IMG/VR virus record: IMGVR_UViG_3300037297_000066
Span: 186,001-250,000 of that record
Length of the DNA: 64,000 bases
Direction: 5' to 3' (one strand)
Shown here piece after piece: positions 43,948 to 53,210 of this stretch. A model generated the notes under the pieces. The model was not told where the DNA came from, made no database searches, and was given only the letters and a program-made list of their open reading frames with translations. The position numbers and the translations under genes were made by a program. The first letter of the stretch is position 1. Each line of letters starts with the position of its first letter.

Positions 43948-44166
43948 ATGCGTTGCAACTTCTGTGGTGGGGTGGCCCTCCCGGCTACGGGCTGTGCGTA
44001 CGGCCCCCGAACCATCTCTTGCTGGAGGTGTACGCTGGAGTGTTGGAAGTGGGTTCGGCAGCACACAACCCGTCGGAGTAGAAAGTGGCCTAACCTCTCT
44101 TTCTACGAAGCGGCCGGCAAGTACGGACCTGGGACTATCTGGCCTGTGAAAAACAGGAGCTCCTGA
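43948..44166 (+). CDS. Small Zn-finger protein
   Basis: CNFCG..CWRC. Confidence 0.65.
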   Translation: MRCNFCGGVALPATGCAYGPRTISCWRCTLECWKWVRQHTTRRSRKWPNLSFYEAAGKYGPGTIWPVKNRSS

Positions 44167-44255
44167 ACCCGTCTTGGTGTAGGGTTCCATGAGGCTCTTG
44201 CTTGCTTCTGGTGGGGAGCCTCTGAACACAGACCCACCAGAAGCGCATCCACAGT

Positions 44256-44549
44256 GTGACGCCCATGCCCAAAGACTCAGAGCTTCCTCCCCTTCCCCAT
44301 ATGAACGGAAACTACACAGATAAACCCTCCTATGGTTGTGCTCTCACTGCGATCATTTTGCTGGTAGTGTTGGTGGGAGTCGTGTTGTTCTGTGGTCTCC
44401 GATCTGACCAGATCAAGGAAGAGCACAACCGGTTCCGGGAGAAGTGTAGGGCTGAAGGGGGCGTTACCTACTACCAGGATTTGGAGAACAACGTTGGCAA
44501 GCTGGTGTGCGTGAAAGGGGGTACCGAACGTGTCGTCGAAGACAGGTGA
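44256..44549 (+). CDS. Membrane-anchored protein with Cys pair
   Basis: TM; CRAEGG..LVCV. Confidence 0.7.
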   Translation: MTPMPKDSELPPLPHMNGNYTDKPSYGCALTAIILLVVLVGVVLFCGLRSDQIKEEHNRFREKCRAEGGVTYYQDLENNVGKLVCVKGGTERVVEDR

Positions 44550-44712
44550 CAAGGCCCGAGCTCGATGGAGTCTCGGGGGCTCCTACCCAGGGAGTGCCTA
44601 TGACCTTTCGAACCGTGCCAAACCCGAGCGTCCTAAAATCAAGCATCACGGGCCCCGCAACTCCCCGGGCCCGGGGAGCGCCTACGATCTTTCGACTCGT
44701 CCAAAGTGGTAA
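44530..44712 (+). CDS. 60-aa protein with duplicated PGSAYDLS
   Basis: The two repeat copies differ only at synonymous positions. Confidence 0.6.
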   Translation: MSSKTGDKARARWSLGGSYPGSAYDLSNRAKPERPKIKHHGPRNSPGPGSAYDLSTRPKW

Positions 44713-44736
44713 TTCTCTTTTCCTATTGCCTAGGTA

Positions 44737-45291
44737 ATGACCCAGAGAACTGCCAAAGGCCGAGTAGACATCAAGATCGAGGGATGGGGCGGGGCACGCA
44801 AGATTCCTGTGAAACAGCTCAGGAATTTCGCCAAGGATGTCCTCACCATACCCCAAGCAGGCTTCGACAGCTTCGGACAAAAAGTCCAACTGGACGACAA
44901 GTACCTGGCCAAGCTGAAGGCTGTCGTCGAGAAACATGGCTTGAGGTTGGGTCCTCAAGAGAAGGCCCGAAGCTACTGGGGGCCGAAGGATACGAAGGTT
45001 GCTGTGATCGCTGTTCGCTACGCTGTTGAACAGCAAAGGCGTGAGGCGGCAGCCAAGAAGCCTGTTGAGTTCACACGGGTGGTGTTGATGAAGAACAAGG
45101 AGGGGAAGGTTCTGAAGAAGCCTTTGCTTCAGAAATTCGTCAAAGAGGTCCAACAAGCCATCCCTGAAGCTACTTGGCAAGCAGCTTCAGACGCCCTTGT
45201 GATCCCTAAAAAGTCTCGAAAGAAGCTCACCCCGATCTTGACCAAGTACTGGGTGAACATTCAGTATGAGAGGTTCGACCACAACGAGTAG
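44737..45291 (+). CDS. Lys-rich hypothetical protein
   Basis: 184-aa ORF. Confidence 0.75.
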   Translation: MTQRTAKGRVDIKIEGWGGARKIPVKQLRNFAKDVLTIPQAGFDSFGQKVQLDDKYLAKLKAVVEKHGLRLGPQEKARSYWGPKDTKVAVIAVRYAVEQQRREAAAKKPVEFTRVVLMKNKEGKVLKKPLLQKFVKEVQQAIPEATWQAASDALVIPKKSRKKLTPILTKYWVNIQYERFDHNE

Positions 45292-45424
45292 CCCCGAGCT
45301 TGGGGGTGGTTGATGCCAGAGTACATACAAGACAACAGTCCTGAGGCCACGGGGGAGTGGGTGCAGTGGAACGACCCGGGGACCACGGGAGAATTTGTCT
45401 ACTGGGTGCCGCCTTCAAGGGTGT

Positions 45425-45871
45425 ATGCTCTTGGGCATGATCACTTTCGAGGAAGCACAGAAGTGGCATCGGCGGTTCACGTGGGACGACCGCATCACGC
45501 CGGGGGCCGCTAGAATCAGCGTGGATGTCAGTGGCTCGGGGCTGTACCAAGCGTTGGGCTCGGCCGTTGCTCTGCAGAAGAACCAGGGGAAGATCCCTCA
45601 GGTCATCCTGATCCCTTGGGCCTGGGCTGCCCTTCTTTCGGAGTTCTCGCACGAGCATTTCTCGAAAGGTGGTCGGCTGAAGGACCTTACGCTCTGCTAC
45701 AGCGACTACGATCCATTGCTGTGGGGCTACTTTGCGCTCTTCCAGGGAATCGATGTCTTTGCCAGCCATCTCGTCAGTTCCAGACAGTTTCCCGCTTGTG
45801 TGTGCGCCAGTCGGGACCCCCACCAAATGAACGAGGGGGAGAACCTCGTCATCCTGGAAGAAGCTACGTAG
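45425..45871 (+). CDS. Hypothetical protein (possible capsid-like segment)
   Basis: LLWGYFALFQGIDVFASHLV; start uncertain. Confidence 0.55.
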   Translation: MLLGMITFEEAQKWHRRFTWDDRITPGAARISVDVSGSGLYQALGSAVALQKNQGKIPQVILIPWAWAALLSEFSHEHFSKGGRLKDLTLCYSDYDPLLWGYFALFQGIDVFASHLVSSRQFPACVCASRDPHQMNEGENLVILEEAT

Positions 45872-46193
45872 CCCCTGGGTAGTAGTTTCGGGGCAGATGC
45901 TCATCGTAGTCTACCAAGCGCCAGTGATCGATTTGCTGACTGCTCAGCTCAGATCGCATCTGGACGAGCCTCTTCCGTTCTTTTTCGGGAAGGTTCTTCC
46001 AGAGCTCGTTTTGTCCGTAGTACGAGGGGCCTGCCAGGGTTCCTGTCACCCAGGTGAGGTAGCGTTTCCCACAGATCTCTCGTACGGAGATTTGGGGTTC
46101 TGGCCCTAATCGCTCGGCGAACCGAAGGGTTTGGTCTTCCCCATGCTTCTTGATGATAGGTTCCAGATCGTAAATGAAGAGTCCGATTGGCAT
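45864..46193 (-). CDS. Hypothetical protein
   Basis: Class-B start. Confidence 0.75.
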   Translation of the reverse strand: MPIGLFIYDLEPIIKKHGEDQTLRFAERLGPEPQISVREICGKRYLTWVTGTLAGPSYYGQNELWKNLPEKERKRLVQMRSELSSQQIDHWRLVDYDEHLPRNYYPGAT

Positions 46194-46199
46194 GCTGGT

Positions 46200-46222
46200 A
46201 CCGTACACCGCCGGTGTACAAT
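46200..46222. promoter_or_regulatory. Back-to-back class-B promoters 3 bp apart
   Basis: ACCGTACACC-gcc-GGTGTACAAT between ATGs at 46193 and 46228. Confidence 0.75.
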
Positions 46223-46227
46223 GAGGT

Positions 46228-46413
46228 ATGATCAGATTGGAAGTCCGAGACGTAACAGGAACCATCCTGAAACCCTTTACTTCGGTGGACGCGGTCCCTC
46301 CAACAGGAGCTCAGATGCGGTTCAACCGTGTTGCCTACAAGATCGTTCACCAAGAATGGGAATACGAAGGGGTATACCCCATCGTCAGGCTGTTCGTCCG
46401 AAAAGCAAAGTAG
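46228..46413 (+). CDS. Small beta protein
   Basis: Class-B start. Confidence 0.75.
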   Translation: MIRLEVRDVTGTILKPFTSVDAVPPTGAQMRFNRVAYKIVHQEWEYEGVYPIVRLFVRKAK

Positions 46414-46436
46414 CTCACCTGTAAGCGAGATAGAGC

Positions 46437-48020
46437 ATGCCTGAGCTCTCTAAAGCTTTGGAGGAGAATCTTCATGCCGCTGTGAAGACAGCCAGAGAGA
46501 AGCACATAGCTATCTGGAAAGAGGCGCTGGAGGAGCACCAGAACCATCCGAGCTTTAGGACCAAACAAGACCCAATAAAAAGGCTACTTGGGTTCACCTG
46601 TGAGTGTGGGGGAAGTGTTCAGGAGTGGATGGTTGATGTCTGCGACCTGAAGAGAGTGGAAAAAGAAGCTCGTCAAAGATTGATGAGAATCCTGCATAAC
46701 AAGCGGAACTGTGGGAACAAGGCCAGAAAACGGAAAGCTCGTAGGGCTCAGGTCAAAGCCTGGTCTATACTCTGTCGGCATCTCACTCGGGAACAGAAGC
46801 GAGAACTACGCCACCTCCAACGGTTCCAAGTCCAAGGACAGGATGGGAAAACTTACGAAATACGTTCCAACAACATCCACAACATCCGACGCTTGGACGA
46901 GGAGGGGGAGCCTGACTACGCTTTCTGTCTCGTGACCAACACTCAGGTCTCTGGAACGGTCCCCATCTTCGACACCATCTTGACCCAGAAGGTGTTGTTG
47001 GAAGGGGCCCTCCGAGTCTTCTTGGAAACAGCGCACGCTGAGAGTCTGAAAACAGGGGAGATTTTCGAGAACGGACTCCACCTGATCGATGCTTCGAAGA
47101 CTCCCAAAGTTATTTGGAAGCGAGGCTCTTTAGGAGAAGTGTTGAGGACAGCCCGTGAGACTCGTAACCTACAAGTAGTCACGAAACCTCGGATCTGGAG
47201 GCTATGCGATAGGGGGACTCCCGAGATTTTGACGATTGACGTGGTCTACGCTGATGCCACTTACGACACTCTTGAAGGGGTGGGGTGGGTACTAGATCCG
47301 GAACTAGGAGTGACTGTCCAGTTCGGAGATCTGCTGAAGGTCCCCCCTATCACCAAACCAGACACTCGAAAGTGCCTCATCAAACTATTCACAGGTGTCC
47401 CTGCTTCTGTTTACCCCACCTTTGACCAAGTACTGAATCACTTTCGAACGGCTGATTTGCCCTGGATGTTCACCCTCTCCCATCCGATGACAGAGTACCC
47501 TGACAAGATACGAGGGGTGTTCCGAATCGAAGACAAGCTTCTTCCCGTGGGGAAAATCTACTGCCTGTCAGAAGCCTCGATGGTGGGCATGCACGTGGTT
47601 TGGCAAGAGAGTGATGACCGAGGCTTTGCCCTCTTCAACCTGAATGGTATCTGCATCTACGAGACTGGGATATGTCGAAGAAAACTGCTAAGGCCAGTAC
47701 CAAGAAGCCGGCTAAGAAGCGTCAGTCGAAGCCGAGGCCACAACAAGCAAAAGCACCGGCCAAGGCCAAGAAGAAGCCCGCCAAATCGAAGGCTCAGCCG
47801 AAGCGTGTTGCCAAGAAAGCGGCCAAGAGGCAGACTCGAAAGTCCCAGCCCCAGCCGAGGAAACCCCAGTCCCTCCCTGAAGGCTTCTTGCTCAAGGTCG
47901 AATGGGACCCGGAGAGTAGTGAAGACAAGCAAGTTGCTAACCGCATCTACCAAAGGCAGTGTAGAGCCCGACATCGCCTGTACACCATTGCCAAGGATGG
48001 GAAAATTGGAGAACGTCTAA
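46437..48020 (+). CDS. Multidomain hypothetical protein (3' end overlaps next gene)
   Basis: LTREQ..FQVQGQDGKTYEI..D.ILTQKVLLE domain. Confidence 0.75.
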   Translation: MPELSKALEENLHAAVKTAREKHIAIWKEALEEHQNHPSFRTKQDPIKRLLGFTCECGGSVQEWMVDVCDLKRVEKEARQRLMRILHNKRNCGNKARKRKARRAQVKAWSILCRHLTREQKRELRHLQRFQVQGQDGKTYEIRSNNIHNIRRLDEEGEPDYAFCLVTNTQVSGTVPIFDTILTQKVLLEGALRVFLETAHAESLKTGEIFENGLHLIDASKTPKVIWKRGSLGEVLRTARETRNLQVVTKPRIWRLCDRGTPEILTIDVVYADATYDTLEGVGWVLDPELGVTVQFGDLLKVPPITKPDTRKCLIKLFTGVPASVYPTFDQVLNHFRTADLPWMFTLSHPMTEYPDKIRGVFRIEDKLLPVGKIYCLSEASMVGMHVVWQESDDRGFALFNLNGICIYETGICRRKLLRPVPRSRLRSVSRSRGHNKQKHRPRPRRSPPNRRLSRSVLPRKRPRGRLESPSPSRGNPSPSLKASCSRSNGTRRVVKTSKLLTASTKGSVEPDIACTPLPRMGKLENV

Positions 48021-48109
48021 CTACCTTCAACGAGAAGGCAGGGGCGTTCATGGTACTCAGGGGATTCACGGTTTGGGATCAAATTCAGGAGAATACCAAT
48101 GAAGCATGA
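47672..48109 (+). CDS. Histone H1-like Lys/Ala-rich protein
   Basis: KKTAKA/KKPAKK repeats; ends TVWDQI. Confidence 0.75.
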   Translation: MSKKTAKASTKKPAKKRQSKPRPQQAKAPAKAKKKPAKSKAQPKRVAKKAAKRQTRKSQPQPRKPQSLPEGFLLKVEWDPESSEDKQVANRIYQRQCRARHRLYTIAKDGKIGERLTTFNEKAGAFMVLRGFTVWDQIQENTNEA

Positions 48110-48326
48110 GATGAACATCTTAGGACAAGAAGGCCACACCTGCTGCACTTGGGACCCGAGCAACCCCGAAAGTGTGTCCGCTGCCAATGAGACCTTCGAA
48201 GGGTTGAGATCCCAAGGCTATCGAGCGGCTGCCATGAACGCTGATGGATCTACGGGGTCTTTCGTGGAGAGTTTCGATCCTAGTTCTGAGAACATCCTGT
48301 TCGTCCTTCCCGTTGTGGGAGGGTAG
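48099..48326 (+). CDS. Small protein ending in di-Gly
   Basis: TWDP..A..TF..L..GY..FDP..PVVGG. Confidence 0.8.
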   Translation: MKHEMNILGQEGHTCCTWDPSNPESVSAANETFEGLRSQGYRAAAMNADGSTGSFVESFDPSSENILFVLPVVGG

Positions 48327-48360
48327 ACCGTGTTCGTGGGGCTCACCCTTTGGTGACGTC

Positions 48361-48648
48361 GTGCTTAGAGTCGTCGGGAAGACTGAAGAAGGTCAGCTCA
48401 TAGTAGCGGGTGTCTACCGCTACTACGAAACGACGGGGCTACCCCTCGACGTGATGTTTGATTGCCTTCGTCAGAAGGGGGCCATCCCTGACTGGTTGAC
48501 CTTTTACGTGGAGGCTGTCCGAGCCGGGATGAAGCACGAACGCATCCTGGCCAAGCTGGATCCAGCCCTCGTTGACGCTTACGGTTTCGCCTTCCGAGAC
48601 GTTGTGATAGAACGTTTGGAACTGGTGACTCGTCATTGGACGGAGTAG
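48361..48648 (+). CDS. Alanyl-tRNA-synthetase-fragment-like protein
   Basis: GVYRYYETTGLPLD..DW..F resembles AlaRS F.LYDTYGFP.D. Confidence 0.5.
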   Translation: MLRVVGKTEEGQLIVAGVYRYYETTGLPLDVMFDCLRQKGAIPDWLTFYVEAVRAGMKHERILAKLDPALVDAYGFAFRDVVIERLELVTRHWTE

Positions 48649-48652
48649 CGCT

Positions 48653-49219
48653 ATGGAACGACGAACGATCATGAAGGTTTTGGGCTTGCTTCCTTTCGCA
48701 GGGGGCCTTTCAGCAAAGCCTGCTAGAGCTAGTTTCGAGCCCGATGAATCCGAAGGGATTTCCTACGTCTGGCTGGCTCGCACAGGACCTGAGGATTTCG
48801 AGAGACAGCTACAGTCAAAGGGGTCTGCCATTTGGTGGAACTGTCCTCTCCAACGCAGGTTCCAAGAGGGTATAGAAGAGTCGGAAGCCAAGTTGCGTAG
48901 GCGGGGCCTCCAACCCATCTTGGAAGGGCCTTTTCACTTCATGTTTCGCCAAGGGGAGGAGCGAGAACCGTGGGGCGGTCCTGCTTGGAACGAGCCGCTT
49001 CATTTGGAAAATGCCGGAATCATCTTCAGGGATCGCCGGTGGGGAACCATCCTTCGGGCTTTTGACTTGAGGCGAAGGGCCTTGTGCTCGGAGCTCATGA
49101 CCCCGAAAACAGGAATGTCCTTCCGTGCCTACGACGAACTTGCAGAGAAGAGGTTTGGATGGCCCACGGAGGTTTGTGCCTGCTACAAGGTTCGTAAGCT
49201 GCCTGGCTTTGCAGGGTGA
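48653..49219 (+). CDS. Protein with Tat-like signal
   Basis: MERRTIMK..PARA; paralogue of 49232. Confidence 0.7.
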   Translation: MERRTIMKVLGLLPFAGGLSAKPARASFEPDESEGISYVWLARTGPEDFERQLQSKGSAIWWNCPLQRRFQEGIEESEAKLRRRGLQPILEGPFHFMFRQGEEREPWGGPAWNEPLHLENAGIIFRDRRWGTILRAFDLRRRALCSELMTPKTGMSFRAYDELAEKRFGWPTEVCACYKVRKLPGFAG

Positions 49220-49231
49220 GGGCAGGCTTTC

Positions 49232-49714
49232 ATGCCAATCAGAGCCTACGCCATTCCAGGGAGGTGTTGCGAACAAGCCATCGTGGTGTGGTCTACAGTC
49301 CTAGGCCCTTCTGACTTCAAACAATCTAACTGGGGAGGCCAACCTTTTTTCACAGGCTGCATCAAAGGCAAGTTCGAGCAGGGCATGCAAGAGACACTGG
49401 GTTGGATGAAGCTCAAAGGTCTAGAGGTTGTTCCTGATAGCTACATCAACTTTGTGTTTCAGCGGCAGGAAGAACCTTGGGGAGATAGATCGCTCAAAGA
49501 CACTCTAGTAGCAGAAGCGAAAGGCAGCTTGGGAGAGAGACGTTTCGACATTGTGGACCGAGCCTGGCAAATACTGGATACGGAGGCTAGCGTACGTCTA
49601 CGACCTCCAGAGCCAGGCAAAACACCCTCAAGTTCCCGAGGGGCTGCTATGGAGGCTTTCGGGTTGCCTGATGGTTTGGAAGTATCGATCTTGGCTAGGA
49701 CCATCGAACCATGA
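49232..49714 (+). CDS. Paralogue of 48653 without signal
   Basis: GP.DF..GL....F.F..EPWG. Confidence 0.7.
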   Translation: MPIRAYAIPGRCCEQAIVVWSTVLGPSDFKQSNWGGQPFFTGCIKGKFEQGMQETLGWMKLKGLEVVPDSYINFVFQRQEEPWGDRSLKDTLVAEAKGSLGERRFDIVDRAWQILDTEASVRLRPPEPGKTPSSSRGAAMEAFGLPDGLEVSILARTIEP

Positions 49715-50613
49715 CTGACTTCATCTTCGATTGTGAGACCGGGGACCCGGACGACATTCTCACCGTTATCCTGCTCGCTACGCACCCTAGGAGCCGTCTC
49801 AGGGCCGTTACGGTAACCCCGGGGACCCGAGGCCAGGTCGGGGTCGTAAAGCACGTCTTGGGGCTCCTAGGGCTCCCCAAGGTGCCAGTGGGGTCAGCCA
49901 AGCCGGACCACCCCAAGAACTGCGTCTCGGATTTCCACTACCACTGGCTTGGAAGGGATATTCCGGACGCTGAGCCGGATGGTTACGGCTACGAAATCAT
50001 CCACGACGTTCTGGTGCCTCCGCCGGGGCTCATCGTGGAGGATTACGGCCCGAGAGGAGAAATCGAGCCCGTCACCATTGTGACAGGGGCTCCTCTCACG
50101 AACATCTGGGAGGCTATCAAGCACGGGGTTCGTATTCCCAGCATCTACATCCAGGGAGGATTCGCCGGAGACAACCTGGTGGCCCCTGAGGACCGGCTAG
50201 AGAAGTTTGCTGGGAAGACGACGGTAGCCACCTGGAACCTGGGAGGCAACTCTAAGGCAGCGGAGGGGGTTCTTGCTTCTGGCTTGGTAGGAGAACGACA
50301 CCTAATCGGGAAGAACATCTGTCACGGAGTGACCTACACGGCCGAACTTCACGAGAAGGTCAAGCAGGTCGATCACCTGGAGGTGTTGGCCTCAGCAATG
50401 ACCTCTTATCGGGCTCGTCACAGTCACAACAAGGCGCTCCACGATCCTCTGGCAGCATGCACAGCCCTTGACCCAAGCATCTGTACGTTCGTCGAAGCCC
50501 AGGTCTACCGGGAGAAGGGGCAGTGGGGATCCCGAGCTATGGCTGGGACTGACACTTGGGTAGCGGTCAAGCATGACCAAGAGCGGTTCGAGCAAGTGTT
50601 CCTGGGAGGCTGA
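49711..50613 (+). CDS. Inosine-uridine-type nucleoside hydrolase
   Basis: DCETGDPDD, TGAPLTN, TWN, LHDP. Confidence 0.88.
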   Translation: MTDFIFDCETGDPDDILTVILLATHPRSRLRAVTVTPGTRGQVGVVKHVLGLLGLPKVPVGSAKPDHPKNCVSDFHYHWLGRDIPDAEPDGYGYEIIHDVLVPPPGLIVEDYGPRGEIEPVTIVTGAPLTNIWEAIKHGVRIPSIYIQGGFAGDNLVAPEDRLEKFAGKTTVATWNLGGNSKAAEGVLASGLVGERHLIGKNICHGVTYTAELHEKVKQVDHLEVLASAMTSYRARHSHNKALHDPLAACTALDPSICTFVEAQVYREKGQWGSRAMAGTDTWVAVKHDQERFEQVFLGG

Positions 50614-50614
50614 G

Positions 50615-51001
50615 ATGAAGACGAGCGTAATCCAAAGCAAGCTGAAGGAGATCGTAGGGAACGAACCCAACAGATACCAAAAGGCTGTCGTTGCACTGAG
50701 AAAGGGAGCGTTGCAACTTCAAGAGGCGATGGGAAAGCCTTTCAAAGTGTGGTTCAAACCGAGCGAATTTTGCAGCGAGCACCACATACGGTTTCATCTG
50801 AAGGTGGTGTCTGAGGGGAAGCTCGACGAGACTCTTTTCTCAGCCCTCGTGTCTTCTGAAGGATTCCCCATCGTCTTCAGAGACCACAACTACGAACGCC
50901 AGGCTTCTTGTGCTGGAAAAGTCGGAGCTTGTATGGCGGAGATGCTGAACAACCCGAGTCTGAATCTACGTCTTCGGGGAATCCTGATTCTCGGGAGGTG
51001 A
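50615..51001 (+). CDS. Hypothetical protein
   Basis: GGAGG SD. Confidence 0.7.
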   Translation: MKTSVIQSKLKEIVGNEPNRYQKAVVALRKGALQLQEAMGKPFKVWFKPSEFCSEHHIRFHLKVVSEGKLDETLFSALVSSEGFPIVFRDHNYERQASCAGKVGACMAEMLNNPSLNLRLRGILILGR

Positions 51002-51376
51002 GCTTGGGCTAGGAGGTAGCTCTCCTACGGCCACACAGAAGGCTCTAACCACTGCCTTGGCCTCATCAGTGACTGGATTTTCAGCCACCCGTCGGGCAGA
51101 AAGGGTCACTCGGAAGTATCGGTATGTGGGGCTCTCCCAGTAACCGCTGCCAGCCGTCTTCAACATACGCAGCCCATTCCGGAAATCTGGGCAGTGGGGC
51201 CTGCCTGGTCCATTGTACGTGGTCCACTGCTTAGCCCAGGAGTTCCCCTCAGAGGCGGCCTTCCTCACTACCTCTGTGAAGATGTAGTCACAAGCCAGAA
51301 AGCTGGGTTCTGGCAGCGTGTTACAGATAGCAACTGCTAACTCTTCGGCTATCTTGAGAACCTTCGACTCATCCAT
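50966..51376 (-). CDS. Hypothetical protein
   Basis: 136-aa ORF. Confidence 0.65.
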   Translation of the reverse strand: MDESKVLKIAEELAVAICNTLPEPSFLACDYIFTEVVRKAASEGNSWAKQWTTYNGPGRPHCPDFRNGLRMLKTAGSGYWESPTYRYFRVTLSARRVAENPVTDEAKAVVRAFCVAVGELPPSPSSPPENQDSPKT

Positions 51377-51573
51377 GGGACTACCCCTCTTGGACGAAGG
51401 AGCCTCCCCAACCTATGAAGGATCGACCCCCTGGACTGCAACCTTTCTACTTCATCAACCAAGTCCAGGCTCAAGTCAATGAGATCTACGGCCCCACTGT
51501 GTTTTTTGAGCCAGGCCCGTAAAGCCTCAGGATCCGATGAGGTTACCCATCTAGCAGAACGCTTCAGTTGCAT
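51349..51573 (-). CDS. Hypothetical protein
   Basis: Class-B start. Confidence 0.65.
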   Translation of the reverse strand: MQLKRSARWVTSSDPEALRAWLKKHSGAVDLIDLSLDLVDEVERLQSRGSILHRLGRLLRPRGVVPWMSRRFSR

Positions 51574-51609
51574 GCCTAACCATACACTCTCTGGTGTATG
51601 GTGCTAGCT

Positions 51610-51786
51610 ATGAAACGCTTCAAAGCAGTCGCTGTCCTCAACACGGATACCAACGAGAGGTTTGCCCAGGAACTGGAAAGGGCCTTGAACGGACTGGATT
51701 CTGAGGGGTACGATCCGGACTCTGGCTTCAGCTACCAGAATGGCAACCATGTGGTGATCGTAGGAAAAAGGAAGCCCTGTAAATGA
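51610..51786 (+). CDS. Small protein, DUF4177-like
   Basis: LERALN.LDSEGY; class-B start. Confidence 0.65.
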   Translation: MKRFKAVAVLNTDTNERFAQELERALNGLDSEGYDPDSGFSYQNGNHVVIVGKRKPCK

Positions 51787-52598
51787 ACCGACTGATTTTC
51801 GTTACTCTTGCGTTGCTGCTGTCCGCTTGCGAGAGGACCCAGCCCCCCACCTTTTTCGATCAGCTCCTGGACGCCTCCCCTCCTCAGAGCCCTTGGAGTT
51901 TGGAAGAAATTCTCTACTCTCACAATGTGGAGTGGCCCACGCTACCCATCGTGGAAGGGGCGTGGTGTGCTATGGACACCATGTACTGGTGGCACCGGGC
52001 AGAAGCCTCTTTGGACAAGGATGCCTTGGTTCTCGACAAGGAGGACGGAGAGTGGCACCTGTGGGTCTACAGCTACATATGGGATCTAGGCAATGATCCG
52101 GTACCGGGACGAGGCACAGACATATGGTCTACGGTTCACTGTAAGATCAACCCAGAACTCAAACGGTTGCAGGACTTGTCCGATGACATTCCCTGGAAAC
52201 GAAACCAGTTCGAGTTCTACCAAAACCACTACTGGGGAATGTGTGAGAGGGCGCATTCCGATGATGAGCGGGTCACAGGGTGGAGTCGATCTTTGATTAG
52301 GCTGCAAGGGTTAGGAGGACGAGTAACGCTGAGCATTGGAAGCGTTGACAGGCTCTTCTCACAAGATCCTATAGAGGAGGAAGACCGGATCTCAGGAGGG
52401 TGGGCTGAGATGGGAACCTGCCCCTGGATCGACCACCCTTACCCGAAAGAGGAGTTGACCTCGAAAGACCGGGACCGAGTCAAGAAGTGGGTCTGGTCAC
52501 CGTTGGGAGAAGACGCTGAGCTAGACGACACGGCTGAAGAGGCTACGGCCCGGACTCGTGAGTACATCGAAAGCCAGAATTCTCTTTTGCACCAGTGA
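51783..52598 (+). CDS. Lipoprotein
   Basis: Signal with lipobox LSAC. Confidence 0.8.
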   Translation: MNRLIFVTLALLLSACERTQPPTFFDQLLDASPPQSPWSLEEILYSHNVEWPTLPIVEGAWCAMDTMYWWHRAEASLDKDALVLDKEDGEWHLWVYSYIWDLGNDPVPGRGTDIWSTVHCKINPELKRLQDLSDDIPWKRNQFEFYQNHYWGMCERAHSDDERVTGWSRSLIRLQGLGGRVTLSIGSVDRLFSQDPIEEEDRISGGWAEMGTCPWIDHPYPKEELTSKDRDRVKKWVWSPLGEDAELDDTAEEATARTREYIESQNSLLHQ

Positions 52599-52783
52599 TT
52601 ATGATGAGCAGCCGAACTCGAAACCTGATCTTTGCTTACCGTCAGAACAACCCTGCTCTGCCGTGGAAGGACTTACTTGAGCTCATCTCCAAAGAGGTTG
52701 GAGTTCCCGAAGAGGTGGTCAGCAAGGTGCTTCTGGACCGCCTACGGTTGGAAGCTTTGGTAGGCCCTGTCGCTTTCGTATGA
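52595..52783 (+). CDS. Small hypothetical protein
   Basis: GTGA overlap. Confidence 0.6.
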   Translation: MIMMSSRTRNLIFAYRQNNPALPWKDLLELISKEVGVPEEVVSKVLLDRLRLEALVGPVAFV

Positions 52784-52816
52784 CTGAACTCACCTACGTT
52801 AGTGTACAGTCAGAGC

Positions 52817-53203
52817 ATGGGTGTTTTCGGAAACAGGTCTCACGTAGTCAAGTGGCATTCTGAAATCCCTCCCGAAAGGGCGGATGCCAAACCCTCTATC
52901 CAGGCAGGGAATCCTGATCCGACTTTCTTCAAGATCCAACAGTTCCTATCCATCGGTAGATACACCGCTGTACGGATTCGTTACCCTACCTGCACCAACT
53001 ACCAAGGAATGAAGATCCTAGTCTACGAGGCCACCCAAGAACAGGTTGAGAAGCAACGTGCCTTAGATCCCCACTTCTCGGAGAATGCTATGTTCTTCTC
53101 TCCAGTGGCTCGGTTTGAACCTACGGACAAAGGTTGGGGCCTGGCCCGCAAGTTCATGGAGGCTCTCACCCCCACTGTGTGGGACCAGATAGTCGAGGAG
53201 TAG
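52817..53203 (+). CDS. Phage protein, C-terminal TVWDQI
   Basis: NPDP..YP.CTNY.G.KILVY..DPHF..PVARFEPT..GW. Confidence 0.8.
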   Translation: MGVFGNRSHVVKWHSEIPPERADAKPSIQAGNPDPTFFKIQQFLSIGRYTAVRIRYPTCTNYQGMKILVYEATQEQVEKQRALDPHFSENAMFFSPVARFEPTDKGWGLARKFMEALTPTVWDQIVEE

Positions 53204-53210
53204 TAACGGC

